A DNA stretch of 64,000 nt from Halobacteriales archaeon QS_4_69_225 (GTDB taxonomy: Archaea; Halobacteriota; Halobacteria; Halobacteriales; Haloarculaceae), in assembly GCA_003020965.1 (NCBI GenBank), contig PXRL01000023.1:37926-101925 (forward strand), read 5' to 3'. Made by a program: the position numbers and the translations under genes. A model generated the notes under the pieces. The model saw nothing but the letters and a program-made list of their open reading frames with translations, was not told where the DNA came from and ran no database searches. Numbering within the stretch: position 1 is the first letter of the stretch; each line of letters starts with the position of its first letter. Shown here one piece after another: positions 19,636 to 29,820 of this stretch.

Positions 19636-21384
19636 TCAGACCGAGTCGACGACCCGCTCGGCCAGCGCCCGCCGGTCGTCGTGGTTCCGCCCGCTGTCGG
19701 CGACGAATTCGATGATCTGCGCGCCCTCGCTTCCGACCGACTCGGCGAACAGCTCCCGGAACCGCTCGCGGTCGTCGGTTCGGGCGAACGCCAGGCCGTG
19801 TAGCTCGGCGGCCGGTTCGAAGTCCAGCCCGTGCGGCGTCCGGAACCACTCCTCGAACGTCCCGTGGTCCTCGATGGGCAGCAGGTGGAAGATGCCGCCG
19901 CCGTCGTTGTTGACACAGACGATGGTCGCGTCGAGGTCGAACCGCTCGACGGCCAGCAGGCCGTTGGTGTCGTGGTACTGCGCCAGGTCGCCGACGACGG
20001 CCACCAGCGGCTCCGCGACGGCCGACCCGGCGCCGAGTGCCGTCGAGGTGACGCCGTCGATGCCCGAGGCGCCGCGATTGCCGAGTACCGCCAGGTTCGC
20101 CGCCCGGGGCCGGCCGAACCGGTCGAGGTCCCGGACCGGCATCGAGTTCGACACCATCACGGTCGCGGGGTCCGGCGCCAGCGCGACGACGTCGGCCAGC
20201 ACCGCCCCCTCTTCGGGCTCCTCGCCGTCGACGAGTTTCCAGTATGCGGTCTCGGCCTCCAGCACCCGGCGGCCGAAGGCCCCCCGGTCGCGGTCGACGG
20301 CGTCGGCCAGCGCCGCCGCCAGCTGCGTCCCGTCGGCGACGACGAGGTCCGTGGCGGCGAACGTCGCCTCCCGCCAGCCGCCCGCCGGGTCGACGAGGAA
20401 CTGCCGGGCACCGGCGTCCCGGAGGTACTGCCGCAGCGGCTTCGAGGTCGGCGAGGCGCCGAACCGGACGACGACGTCCGGCGTCGTCTCGACGGCGGGC
20501 AGGTAGGCGTCGTAGCCGCCGCAGACCGGCCCCGCCTCGGCGAGCGGGCCGAACCGGTGGCCCGACAACGGGTCCGCCAGCACCGGAAAGCCCGTCGCCG
20601 CCGCCAGGTCCGCCAGCGCGTCGTCGGCCGGCGCCGGCCGGTCGGTCGGCCCGCAGACGACGAGCCCGCCGTCGGCCGACTCGACGGTCTCGGCCAGCCG
20701 GTCGCGGTCGGCCCGGGCGAGTCGGCTCCGACCGCGCGTCACCTCGACGAATGGCCCCTCCCGCCCCGTCGCCGCCAGCGGGTTAGCTTCGAGGAACGTC
20801 TCGGAGACGGTTACCGCCGGGACGCCGGCCGGCGCCGCCTCGGCGTCGGCGTTCGGCTCCAGTGGCTTCCGCAGCGGCACGTTCAGGTGGACCGGCCCGG
20901 GATGAGCGCCGGTCGCCGTCCCGACTGCCCGCGAGACGGCCGTCCGCAGCGACCGCAGCTTCCGGGCGGCCGGCTCCGGCTCCGGCAGCGTCCGGTAGCT
21001 CCGGACCGCGTCGCCGTACAGCTTCTCCTGGTCGACGGTCTGGTTGGCGCCGCTGTCCCGCAGCTCCGGCGGTCGGTCGGCCGTCAGCAACACCATCGGC
21101 ACCCGGGCGGCGTCGGCCTCGACGACGGCGGGGTGGAAGTTCGCCGCCGCCGTCCCGGAGGTGCAGACCAGCGGCGTCGGCCGGCCCGTCCGCTTCGCCC
21201 GCCCGAGCGCGAAGAACGCCGCCGACCGCTCGTCGAGATGCGAGAACGTCTCGACGTCGTCGCGTTCGGCCAGGGCGACCGTCAGCGGCGTCGACCGGCT
21301 CCCGGGGGCGAGGACGGCCGCCTCGACACCGGCCTTCGCGAGTTCGTCGGCGACGAGTTCTCCCCAGAGGCTGTTGACGTGCAT
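19636..21384 (-). CDS. menD: SEPHCHC synthase
   Basis: PGSRSTPL, DERSAAFFALG, CTSGTAAANF, NSMPVRD, NRGASGIDG, NNDGGGIF. Confidence 0.96.
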   Translation of the reverse strand: MHVNSLWGELVADELAKAGVEAAVLAPGSRSTPLTVALAERDDVETFSHLDERSAAFFALGRAKRTGRPTPLVCTSGTAAANFHPAVVEADAARVPMVLLTADRPPELRDSGANQTVDQEKLYGDAVRSYRTLPEPEPAARKLRSLRTAVSRAVGTATGAHPGPVHLNVPLRKPLEPNADAEAAPAGVPAVTVSETFLEANPLAATGREGPFVEVTRGRSRLARADRDRLAETVESADGGLVVCGPTDRPAPADDALADLAAATGFPVLADPLSGHRFGPLAEAGPVCGGYDAYLPAVETTPDVVVRFGASPTSKPLRQYLRDAGARQFLVDPAGGWREATFAATDLVVADGTQLAAALADAVDRDRGAFGRRVLEAETAYWKLVDGEEPEEGAVLADVVALAPDPATVMVSNSMPVRDLDRFGRPRAANLAVLGNRGASGIDGVTSTALGAGSAVAEPLVAVVGDLAQYHDTNGLLAVERFDLDATIVCVNNDGGGIFHLLPIEDHGTFEEWFRTPHGLDFEPAAELHGLAFARTDDRERFRELFAESVGSEGAQIIEFVADSGRNHDDRRALAERVVDSV

Positions 21385-22712
21385 CACTCCAGCTCGTCGA
21401 GGATCGGCCGGTACTTCAGCTGGACCTCGTCCCACTCGCGGTCGGGGTCGGAGTCGCCGACGACGCCGACGCCGGCGAACAGCGTCGCGGCGTCGTCGCG
21501 GGCGACCGCCGACCGGAGTGCCACCGCGAAGGAGCCGTGGCCGGCGGCGTCGAACCAGCCGACCGGGGCGGCGTACCAGCCGCGCTCGAAGGGCTCGGCC
21601 TCGCGGATGGCCTCCAGCGCCGCCCCCGGCGGCAGCCCGCCGACGGCCGGCGTCGGGTGTAGCGCCTCCACCAGCGTGAGCACGTGCTCGTCGTCGGCCA
21701 GCTCGGCGGTCATCGGCGTCTCGATGTGCTGGACGGTCGCCAGTCGGCGGATCCCGCGTCGGCCCGTCCGGACCGATGCCGCGTAGGGCGCCAGCTGCTC
21801 GCGGATGGCGTCGGCCACCAGCTCGTGTTCGTGGACGTTCTTCCCGTCGTCGAGCAGCTCCGCGGCGAGCCACTCGTCCTCCTCGGGCGTGTCGCCGCGG
21901 CCGGTCGTCCCCGCCAGCGCGCCCGTCTCGACGGTCCGGCCCCGGAGGCCGAGCAGCCGCTCGGGCGTCGCGCCGAAGAAGCCCGCCTCGCCGTCGTCGG
22001 GCTCGAAGAGAAACCGGAAGCAGTCGGGGTAGGTCTCCCCGAGCCGGGCGAGGACGTCGGGCGCCGACAGCGGGCGCCGGAGCCGCGCCTCCAGCGCCTG
22101 CGCGAGGACGACCTTCCGGAGTTCGCCGGCGGCGATGCGGTCGGTGGCGGCGGTGACGCTGCGGCGCCAGGCGGCCTTCGAGGTGGTCCGGTGCCGCGAG
22201 TCGATGCCGGGCGGCTCCCCGTCCGGCGGCGCGGCCGCGGGCAGCCGCTCGCGGGCGGTCGCCAGCCGCTTCTCGACGGCCGCGGCGTCGGCGTCGACGG
22301 CGTTGACCGACAGCCAGGCGGCGTCGTCGTCGTAGGTGAGCTGCACGCGCGGCAGGACGAACCCGGCGGCGGGGTAGCCCGCCCAGGTGCCGACGGCGCT
22401 GTGTTCGTCGTGAAACGAGAAGCCGCCGAACAGCCGGGGCCGGGCCGACAGCGCCCCGGCGTGAACGTCGCCGGCGGAGAACAGCTCCTCGGCGGCCGTC
22501 CGGACGGCCCCGAACCGGTCGGTACCCTCGGCGGTGATCGTCGCGGCGGCGCCGCCGCCGACGACGGTCGCCTCGTCGGGGGCCGCCCAGAACGTCCGTG
22601 GAGCGTCGGCGGCCGCCAGGACGACGCGGGGACGCGGCGGATCCGGCACCCGCACCGCGCGGCTGACCAGGGCTCGCTCGACGACCGACTCCTCGCTCCG
22701 CGGCGGTCCCAT
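21384..22712 (-). CDS. menF: Isochorismate synthase
   Basis: KVVLA, GATPERL, ALAGT, KNVHEH, LHPTPAVGG, RGWYA.PVGW, FAGVGVV..SDP..EW.E. Confidence 0.93.
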   Translation of the reverse strand: MGPPRSEESVVERALVSRAVRVPDPPRPRVVLAAADAPRTFWAAPDEATVVGGGAAATITAEGTDRFGAVRTAAEELFSAGDVHAGALSARPRLFGGFSFHDEHSAVGTWAGYPAAGFVLPRVQLTYDDDAAWLSVNAVDADAAAVEKRLATARERLPAAAPPDGEPPGIDSRHRTTSKAAWRRSVTAATDRIAAGELRKVVLAQALEARLRRPLSAPDVLARLGETYPDCFRFLFEPDDGEAGFFGATPERLLGLRGRTVETGALAGTTGRGDTPEEDEWLAAELLDDGKNVHEHELVADAIREQLAPYAASVRTGRRGIRRLATVQHIETPMTAELADDEHVLTLVEALHPTPAVGGLPPGAALEAIREAEPFERGWYAAPVGWFDAAGHGSFAVALRSAVARDDAATLFAGVGVVGDSDPDREWDEVQLKYRPILDELE

Positions 22713-22763
22713 TTCACCTACGTTGGACCCCCACCGTCTTAGCTTACCTGTTCGGCGCGAGCG

Positions 22764-23042
22764 CTACAGCTTCGACTCGGCGTCGTCGGCCAGTTCCGCC
22801 ATCCGCTTGCCGATGCGGCCGGCGTCGGAGAACTCGTCCTCGCTCATCACGTCCGCCAGCCCGTTGCCCAGGACGAACACCGCGTGTTTGTGCTCGCTTT
22901 TGGACTTGTGGACGTCGTCCGGCGTCACGTCGAGTTCGTCGTAGGGGTCGAACGCCGAGGCGTCGACGTCGTCCATCCCCCGGAAGTGCTCCATGATCGA
23001 CACCATCTTCGCGTGCAACTCGAGGAGTTCGTCCTTGTGCAT
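22764..23042 (-). CDS. UPF0058 family protein
   Basis: MHKDELLELH...VHKSKSEHKHAVFVLG. Confidence 0.9.
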   Translation of the reverse strand: MHKDELLELHAKMVSIMEHFRGMDDVDASAFDPYDELDVTPDDVHKSKSEHKHAVFVLGNGLADVMSEDEFSDAGRIGKRMAELADDAESKL

Positions 23043-23148
23043 GTTCGTGTGGTACCGGAAGCGGACGTTTATGCCTTACGCGGGGCGCCGCCGCAGGTGG
23101 CCGTCGCAGCCGCTGTTCGTCGCCGTACCGCGGGCCAGGAAGAAACCG

Positions 23149-23361
23149 TCAGAAGACGTACTCGTCGTCGTGCCCCATCATACCGTCGTCTTCGATACCG
23201 GGTTCTTCGTCCTCGACGGGGCCGCTCGTCTTGTATGCTCTGAGGCCGGTCGACAGCAGTTCCTCGATGGCGTCCTCCCGGCTGACGAACTCGCCGTCTT
23301 CCACCATCTGGGCGATTCGCATCTCGAGGTGCTCCGGGACGGTCAGTTGTACCTTCGGCAT
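23149..23361 (-). CDS. Small ribbon-helix-helix protein
   Basis: MPKVQLTVPEHLEMRIAQMVEDGEFVSREDAIEELL RHH pattern. Confidence 0.8.
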   Translation of the reverse strand: MPKVQLTVPEHLEMRIAQMVEDGEFVSREDAIEELLSTGLRAYKTSGPVEDEEPGIEDDGMMGHDDEYVF

Positions 23362-23523
23362 CGGACACGTGCGGTTTCGGGGATAGGGTACAAAAGTTTG
23401 ACGGGGAAATTTTCGTTCCGACAAAGATGTGATCCGGTTCATCAAAACTATCTTTCCAGAAGCGTTCAGGGCGGCGGCGATCGAACGACAGCCATAGGGA
23501 GGCCGGGGCCCGTAGCCGGAGGC

Positions 23524-24108
23524 ATGAAGGACGTGACGGATCTCCACGCGGAGTTCGGCGGCGAGCGGCTCCCGCCGGGACAGCGGAAGACCAGCCGGTT
23601 TCCCGTGCTGTCGAAGGGCGGCACCCCGTCCGTCGACGACCCGACGCTGGAGGTGTGGGGCGCCGTCGAGGAGCCGCTGACGCTGTCGCTACCGGATCTC
23701 GAGGCGCTCGGCGCCGAACGACAGCGACAAGACTTCCACTGCGTCACCGGCTGGTCGCGGTTCGACTGCGAGTTCCGCGGCGTCCCGTTCCCACGGCTCG
23801 CCGAGCGGGCCGGCGTCGCCGACGACGCCGTCCACGTGATGTTCCACGCACACGACGGCTACACGACGGATCTCCCGCTGTCGGAGTGCGACCGCGAGGA
23901 GGTGCTGTTCGCCTGGGAGCTGGACGGCGAGCCGTTGCCGGCCGACCACGGCGGCCCGCTCCGGGTCGTCACCCCCCACAAGTACGCCTACAAGGGTGCC
24001 AAGTGGGTCTCGGGCGTCGAGTTCCTGACCGAACCGGAGCGGGGCTACTGGGAGAAGCGCGGCTACTCCGTCGACGCCAACCCCTGGAAGGAACGGCGGT
24101 ACGCTTGA
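23524..24108 (+). CDS. Sulfite oxidase-like molybdopterin oxidoreductase (YuiH-like)
   Basis: LPPGQ, DFHCVTGWS, HGGPLR, YKGAKWV, GYWEKRGY. Confidence 0.93.
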   Translation: MKDVTDLHAEFGGERLPPGQRKTSRFPVLSKGGTPSVDDPTLEVWGAVEEPLTLSLPDLEALGAERQRQDFHCVTGWSRFDCEFRGVPFPRLAERAGVADDAVHVMFHAHDGYTTDLPLSECDREEVLFAWELDGEPLPADHGGPLRVVTPHKYAYKGAKWVSGVEFLTEPERGYWEKRGYSVDANPWKERRYA

Positions 24109-25586
24109 CATCCTCCCCGCGCTAAAGCGCGGGAATTCCCACGGCGCCGCACCGCTGGGTTGGGATATTGTGGTTCACGGTACCACCTGTTCTTGTGGGC
24201 GGACTCTGCCCGTGGATTTGTCGAACAGGCGTACCGATGGCTGTGCCAAACAGCCGTTACTCCTATCCATCGCTGGATTCGGAGTTACCGTCGCCCGCAT
24301 ATTCTCCGCCGCATTCAGATCACTATTCGTAACTAACCCACACTCATCACATATGTATAGTCCACGTTCCACGCGGTTGGAGTCAGCTCCCGTGCCACAC
24401 TCACAACACGTCTTCGATGTCTTCAACCGGGCTTCATCAACACGCTCCACATCAATACCACGGTCTTCAGCTTTGTACTCAATGTGGCTGAGAAGCATTT
24501 CAAACGCCCAGTCGTGCAACCGCTTGTTGCCGTGCCGCCCCCAGTCCTCATCCTCGCGAATGTGCTTGGGGTGACCAACGGCAATCCGTCCAACATCACG
24601 CTCTGCGCACTGCTGCACTACGTTGGCAGCGAGCGCGTGCAGGAAGTGGTCTTGTCGTCGGGATTTCTTCCGTCGCGCCCACTCTGCGTGGGTACTCGGG
24701 CCGTCTTCGCCCTCCGTGCCATATTCCTCTTGTTGGAAGTAGTGGGCATCTTCTTTCAGCGCATTGCCCGGATACAGCAGTGTCTCGTCACCGATGGAGA
24801 CAGCTGCCGTATTGCAGATGCCGAGATCAACACCGGCGGTCTTCTCACCGGGCGTATCGGGCGCGTCAACCCGCACCTTACAGACGAAATGCAGTTCCCA
24901 CTCATCACCAGTCCAGACGGCGCGCACCGTCTGGACGGTTTCAACATCTGCGAGCGTTTGACTGTCGTCTGTTTGGAGTCGGTACTCGCAAAGGATGTAG
25001 TCGGCGGCGTACGGAGACGGCTTCATATTCCGCCCTTTAGAGAGGCGAACGCGGCCGTACTTCGTGTCGATTTTGAAGCCATTGTTTTTCCACGTGACGG
25101 TGGAGCGTGGGTGGGTGTCGCCGTGTTTGCGGTAACTGGGCGGGTTTGCATCTGAGTCGTCTTGTTCGTACCATGACACGAATGCTTCTCCGAGTTCCTG
25201 AAGAACTCGTTGACTGGATTGTGAGTGTAAATCCGCGTAGCGGTCGTGCGTTTTGAGATACGAACACAGTTCCTCAGCGTCGGGAATGTGGTCGATAGCG
25301 TCCCAGACACGCGAGATCGTCCACCGACCGACATTCCACAATTTTGATGCGGCGAAGCCATGCGAATCAAGTTCGTCACCGATTTGCGAGTGGTTGCTGA
25401 CACTCGCTTTGAGTGTGCGGGTGACGACCTGATCCGCCATATGTAAACAGAGTAGTCTGAGTTATATAATAGTCCGGATAGCTGCCACCCGTGGAATATC
25501 CAGCCGGAGCAGCATATGTTAGATGGATTCAAAGTTGTCGGCTTCATCCCCGCCCTGAAGAGCGAGGCTTTCGTCTTGCACTTTTA
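24105..25586 (-). mobile_element. IS200/IS605-family element 2 (tnpB only), lower GC than its surroundings
   Basis: Minus strand: TTAC|TAAAAGTGCAAGACGAAAGCCTCGCTCTTCAGGGCGGGGATG (LE); GGGAATTCCCGCGCTTTAGCGCGGGGAGGATGTCAA (RE). Confidence 0.9.
24175..25440 (-). CDS. tnpB: TnpB with Gly at the usual RuvC-II Glu position
   Basis: AGVDLG, IAVGHP, VDEARLKTSKTCCECG, CDECG..NSDLNAA, DRSNGCLAQP. Confidence 0.93.
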   Translation of the reverse strand: MADQVVTRTLKASVSNHSQIGDELDSHGFAASKLWNVGRWTISRVWDAIDHIPDAEELCSYLKTHDRYADLHSQSSQRVLQELGEAFVSWYEQDDSDANPPSYRKHGDTHPRSTVTWKNNGFKIDTKYGRVRLSKGRNMKPSPYAADYILCEYRLQTDDSQTLADVETVQTVRAVWTGDEWELHFVCKVRVDAPDTPGEKTAGVDLGICNTAAVSIGDETLLYPGNALKEDAHYFQQEEYGTEGEDGPSTHAEWARRKKSRRQDHFLHALAANVVQQCAERDVGRIAVGHPKHIREDEDWGRHGNKRLHDWAFEMLLSHIEYKAEDRGIDVERVDEARLKTSKTCCECGTGADSNRVERGLYICDECGLVTNSDLNAAENMRATVTPNPAMDRSNGCLAQPSVRLFDKSTGRVRPQEQVVP

Positions 25587-25963
25587 GTAACCGACCCCAC
25601 CCTACTTCGCTCGGTCTGACGACCTCGCTCGTGGAGGGTGGGATTTTGATGTGGTTTTCGTCCTCAGTTGGCGCGACGGGGCGTCTCGTGCGCCCCGCTT
25701 ACCGGACGCCCTTCGGAGTCAGCAAACCCACCATCTGGGGCCGGGCTACTGCGGCCCGTACTGCGCGACGCTTGTGGCCGCACAGCACTATCCAGCGGTA
25801 CAGACGGGCGCAAGTTAATGGTTGTCTCCCACTATGTCGATTTCCTCTCCGACCTACTCGCTCGTGGTTCGAGACGCATCGCGTCTCGTCATCACGAAAG
25901 ACCGGATGTCTTTCGAACGACTTCGCTCGCTCCGTGAGATCGGGGGCTGCATCTTGAATTATA
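25587..25963 (-). mobile_element. Non-autonomous IS200/IS605 derivative (PATE-like) with omegaRNA-like 3' region
   Basis: Minus strand: TCAG|TATAATTCAAGATGCAGCCCCCGATCT...AGGTCGGAGAGG LE; AATCCCACCCT...AGGGTGGGGTCGGTTAC RE; no ORF. Confidence 0.7.
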
Positions 25964-26009
25964 CTGACCCGAGCAGTAGGTATAAACCCCTTCTGTGACT
26001 TCCGTCTGT

Positions 26010-27947
26010 ATGGACGCCCGGACCGTTGTATCGGAGTGGGAAACCTCGCCGTTCGACGGCGGGACCGACGAGTTGGCTCGGCTGGGACGGCGCGGGTTCA
26101 GCGGCGCCGTCGAGTCGGACGGCGACTGGCTGTTCGTCGCCGACGGCGAGGCCGTCGCCGTCGTCGCGGGGTTCGAGACGGCGCCGACGGCGACCGGCCT
26201 CGACGGCTTCGACCCGACCGGCGGCCGGCGGCACGAGGCGGCGGCGGCCGCTGCCGCCCGACTAGCACCGATGCTCGCCCTCGGCGGGGAGGTCCGCGGC
26301 GAGTACTTCAGCGACGACACCCCGATCGCGACGGTCAACGAGACGCTGTCCTCGGGCGGGTTCACCGGCTACCTTGAGCTCGCCGAGAACGTCCTTTCCG
26401 GCGACTACTACGTCGTCTACGACGACGGCGAGCCGTCGTACGCCGCCTACCTCGGCGCGACCGGCGAGCCGGTCACCGGCGAGGAAGCCGAGACCAAGAT
26501 GAAAAACGAGGTCGGCATCTACAGCGTCGTCGCCGCCGACCTTCCGCCGGTCGAACTTCCGGCCTCGCCGGAGTCCGCGGGGTCGGCCGCGGCCACTGTG
26601 GCCGACCGGGACGTCGGCGAGACGGACAGCGCCGTCTCGGAGCCGGGCGAGACAGCAGTATCCGACGACACGCCGGCGACGTCCACCGACACGCCCGCGA
26701 CCGGACCGGCGGCGACCGACGACGGGGTCGGGACCGGCGACTCCCCGGCGGTCGAGCCGGACGACGAACTCCGGAGCGTCCCGTCGCTGGACCCCGACCG
26801 GACCGACCGTCCCGGCGACGCGGCCGACGCCAGGGCGACCGCGTCGGCGGTTGAGGCGGACGACGTTGCGGGCTCGGAAACGACCGGGACGGACGACCGG
26901 GTCGGGACCGGCGAGACGGGACCGGCAACCGGCGACCCGGACCGCGGCGTCGTCGAGACGGACGAGACCGAACCGACGACCGGGGACGCGGGCTCCCGTG
27001 GGGCCGGAACCGGGGAGACGAACGGCGTCGGGACGGCGTCGACCGGACCGGAACGTAGCGCGGGGCCGGCCTCCAGGCGGTCGGGCGGCACCGACGCGGC
27101 GGCGGACGCCGCCCTCGGGGAGGTCCGCGCGGAGCTGCGACGACTCCGGGAGACCCAGGAGCGGCTCGAACGTCGAGTCGCGGCGCTGAAGGGCGGCGAC
27201 GACGGTAGCACGTCGTCGGGGACCCCAGGACCGTCGCTGTCGCCGACGGAGGCGCTGTCGAAGACGACGCTGTTCGTCCGCGAGGGGACCCGCGGCGGGC
27301 CGACCCTGGAGGACGCCCACCAGGGACGGACCGACCGGGACGCGCTGGCCGCCAACGTCGAGCTGGAGCGACACACCCGCTTCGACGCCGCGGGCGCGAC
27401 GGTCGGCGGCGAGCCGTACGAGTCGTTCCTGGAGTCCTCGCGGGCATACAGGTTCGTGCGGTGGCTGACGACGGAGCTGCCCTTCGAGATCCGCGCTACC
27501 GACTCGGCGGACGCGATGCGGCACCTCTACGACGCGATTCCGGACGTCGACCGGGCGTTCTTCGAGGAGACGGTGGCCGTCGGCGACGGCGACGAGCGCC
27601 GCGAGGTGACCTTCGACGTCGTCGTCCGCGACCGGGAGGGCGAGCCGCTCGTCGTGGCGACGCTCAAGGAGGGCCGCGAGCCGACCGGCGCCGCCGCCGT
27701 CGAGCCGCTGGTGACGGACGTCTCGGATTTCTGTGCGGCCAACGACACCGTCGCCGCCGCCTTCGTGGTCACCGCCAGCTACTTCGAGGCCGACGCCACG
27801 GAGCTGGCGCGGGAGGCGACGTCCGGGAGCCTCCTGAGCCGCGGGCGGTACCGGAATTTCGTCAGCCTCGCCCGGAAGAACGGCTTCCACCTCTGTTTCG
27901 TCGAGGGCCGGGAGTCGTCGCTGTACATGACGCTACCCGAGCTGTGA
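26010..27947 (+). CDS. Haloarchaeal hypothetical protein (acidic linker, coiled coil, C-terminal PD-(D/E)xK-like region)
   Basis: 646-codon ORF with typical codon use; GGFTGYLELAENVLSGDYY; FDVVVRDREGEPLVVA. Confidence 0.75.
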   Translation: MDARTVVSEWETSPFDGGTDELARLGRRGFSGAVESDGDWLFVADGEAVAVVAGFETAPTATGLDGFDPTGGRRHEAAAAAAARLAPMLALGGEVRGEYFSDDTPIATVNETLSSGGFTGYLELAENVLSGDYYVVYDDGEPSYAAYLGATGEPVTGEEAETKMKNEVGIYSVVAADLPPVELPASPESAGSAAATVADRDVGETDSAVSEPGETAVSDDTPATSTDTPATGPAATDDGVGTGDSPAVEPDDELRSVPSLDPDRTDRPGDAADARATASAVEADDVAGSETTGTDDRVGTGETGPATGDPDRGVVETDETEPTTGDAGSRGAGTGETNGVGTASTGPERSAGPASRRSGGTDAAADAALGEVRAELRRLRETQERLERRVAALKGGDDGSTSSGTPGPSLSPTEALSKTTLFVREGTRGGPTLEDAHQGRTDRDALAANVELERHTRFDAAGATVGGEPYESFLESSRAYRFVRWLTTELPFEIRATDSADAMRHLYDAIPDVDRAFFEETVAVGDGDERREVTFDVVVRDREGEPLVVATLKEGREPTGAAAVEPLVTDVSDFCAANDTVAAAFVVTASYFEADATELAREATSGSLLSRGRYRNFVSLARKNGFHLCFVEGRESSLYMTLPEL

Positions 27948-27998
27948 AACCCCCCCGGTCGGTTGAACGCGAGCGCAGAACGAGCCTCAGTTTCAGCC

Positions 27999-28304
27999 TT
28001 AGCCTTCGATCTCGGGGACTTCGTCGATTTTCATCCCCTCGAGTTTCTCGACGATCTCGTCGAGATCCGCGTCGAGGTCACTGACGAACCCCGCGGTGTC
28101 TTCCGTCGTGATGGCGCCCTGGCTCGACGGCTCGATGAGGTTTTCCTCCTCGAGAACGCGGAGCGAGTAGCGGACCTTGTGGTGCGGGTACCCCGTCTCG
28201 TTCGACATCTTGACGATGCCGATCGGCTCGTTTTCGATCACCATCCGCAGCACCTGTAGGTGGCGCTCCAGCATGTCCACTTCCTTCTCAAGTCGGTCTA
28301 TCAT
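27999..28304 (-). CDS. Conserved archaeal winged-helix protein
   Basis: MIDRLEKEVDMLERHLQVL...EPIGIVKMS..TGYPHHKVRYSLRVLE. Confidence 0.85.
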   Translation of the reverse strand: MIDRLEKEVDMLERHLQVLRMVIENEPIGIVKMSNETGYPHHKVRYSLRVLEEENLIEPSSQGAITTEDTAGFVSDLDADLDEIVEKLEGMKIDEVPEIEG

Positions 28305-28569
28305 GGCACTTGTTAACTTGTGTTTACCCGATTTAAATGTTGTTGTCTGTCTTACTCGCCGAGCGCTCGGTACGTCGCTGCTCCCGAGTAGTTCGGGAGG
28401 AGGATATATATCCCTTGTGACCGCGACACACGAACCGCGGACCATGGCGGCCGACGGCGCGCTGGCCGGTCGCTCCGGGCCGGACGCGGCATTGCGGCAC
28501 CGAGGCGGCAGGGCGGCGGGGCGACCAGTACCGAAATCTGTTTACCCCGCTGGTCGGTACGTCGCGCCG

Positions 28570-29820
28570 ATGACCGTAACGATCGTCGGTTCGCAGCTCG
28601 GCGACGAGGGGAAGGGTGGCATCGTCGACGTTTACGGCGACACCGCCGACGTCGTCGTGCGGTACCAGGGCGGCGACAACGCCGGCCACACCGTCGTCCG
28701 CGACGGCCAGGAGTACAAGCTCTCGCTGGTGCCGTCGGGAGCGGTCCGGGGGAAGACGAACGTCCTCGGCAACGGCTGCGTCGTGAATCCGGGGACGCTG
28801 TTCGAGGAACTCGACGCGCTGCGGGAGCGGGGGCTGGACCCCGACGTCCGGGTCGCCCGCCGGGCCCACGTCATCTTCCCGTACCACCGGGTGCTGGACG
28901 GCATCGAGGAGGAGATCAAAAGCGAGACCGACAGCGAGGTCGGCACCACCGGCCGCGGCATCGGTCCCACCTACGAGGACAAGGCCGGCCGCCGAGGAAT
29001 CCGGGCCGGCGAGCTCGCCGACCCCGAGATTCTCCGGGACCGGCTGGAGTACGTCGTCCCGCAGAAGCGCGCCCTCGCCGAGGAGGTCTTCGGCGTCGAG
29101 GCCGGCGAGGCGTTCGACCTCGAGGCTCTCTACGAGGAGTACAGCGACTACGGTCGCCGGCTCCGCGAGGAGGGAATGTTGGTCGACGCCGGCGCCTTTC
29201 TCGCCGACCGCATCAACGACGGCGCGGCCGTGATGTTCGAGGGCGCTCAGGGGACGGTCCTCGACATCGACCACGGCAACTACCCGTACGTCACCTCCTC
29301 GAACCCGACCGCCGGCGGCGCCGCCGTCGGGGCCGGCGTCGGGCCGGCCGTCGTCGGCGACGGCGAGGTCGTCGGCGTCGTGAAGGCCTACCTCTCGCGG
29401 GTCGGCAGCGGCCCGATGCCGACGGAGCTGGCCGGCGTCGAGGGCGACACCCCCGGCTACGACGGCGACGGCGACCCCGCCGAGGAGGAGCTGGCCGACC
29501 ACATCCGCGAGGCCGGCGGCGAGTACGGCACCGTCACCGGCCGTCCCCGACGGGTCGGCTGGCTCGACGTGCCCATGTTGCGGCACGCCGCCCGCGCCAG
29601 CGGCTTCACGGGCCTCGCGGTCAACCACATCGACGTCCTCGCCGGCCTCGACCAGGTGAAGGTCGGCCACGCCTACACGCTGGACGGAGCGGAACGCCTG
29701 ACGATGCCGACCACGACCGAACGGTGGGCCGACTGCGAACCCACCTTCCGCGCGTTCGACGGCTGGCCGGACGTCGGGCCGGGACGCGAGGAGACGGTAG
29801 TGGTAGAAGATCCGGTGTAA
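28570..29820 (+). CDS. purA: Adenylosuccinate synthetase, apparently missing an internal C-terminal segment
   Basis: GSQLGDEGKG, RYQGGDNAGHT, GTTGRGIGP, FEGAQG, EYGTVTGRPRRVGWLD. Confidence 0.95.
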   Translation: MTVTIVGSQLGDEGKGGIVDVYGDTADVVVRYQGGDNAGHTVVRDGQEYKLSLVPSGAVRGKTNVLGNGCVVNPGTLFEELDALRERGLDPDVRVARRAHVIFPYHRVLDGIEEEIKSETDSEVGTTGRGIGPTYEDKAGRRGIRAGELADPEILRDRLEYVVPQKRALAEEVFGVEAGEAFDLEALYEEYSDYGRRLREEGMLVDAGAFLADRINDGAAVMFEGAQGTVLDIDHGNYPYVTSSNPTAGGAAVGAGVGPAVVGDGEVVGVVKAYLSRVGSGPMPTELAGVEGDTPGYDGDGDPAEEELADHIREAGGEYGTVTGRPRRVGWLDVPMLRHAARASGFTGLAVNHIDVLAGLDQVKVGHAYTLDGAERLTMPTTTERWADCEPTFRAFDGWPDVGPGREETVVVEDPV

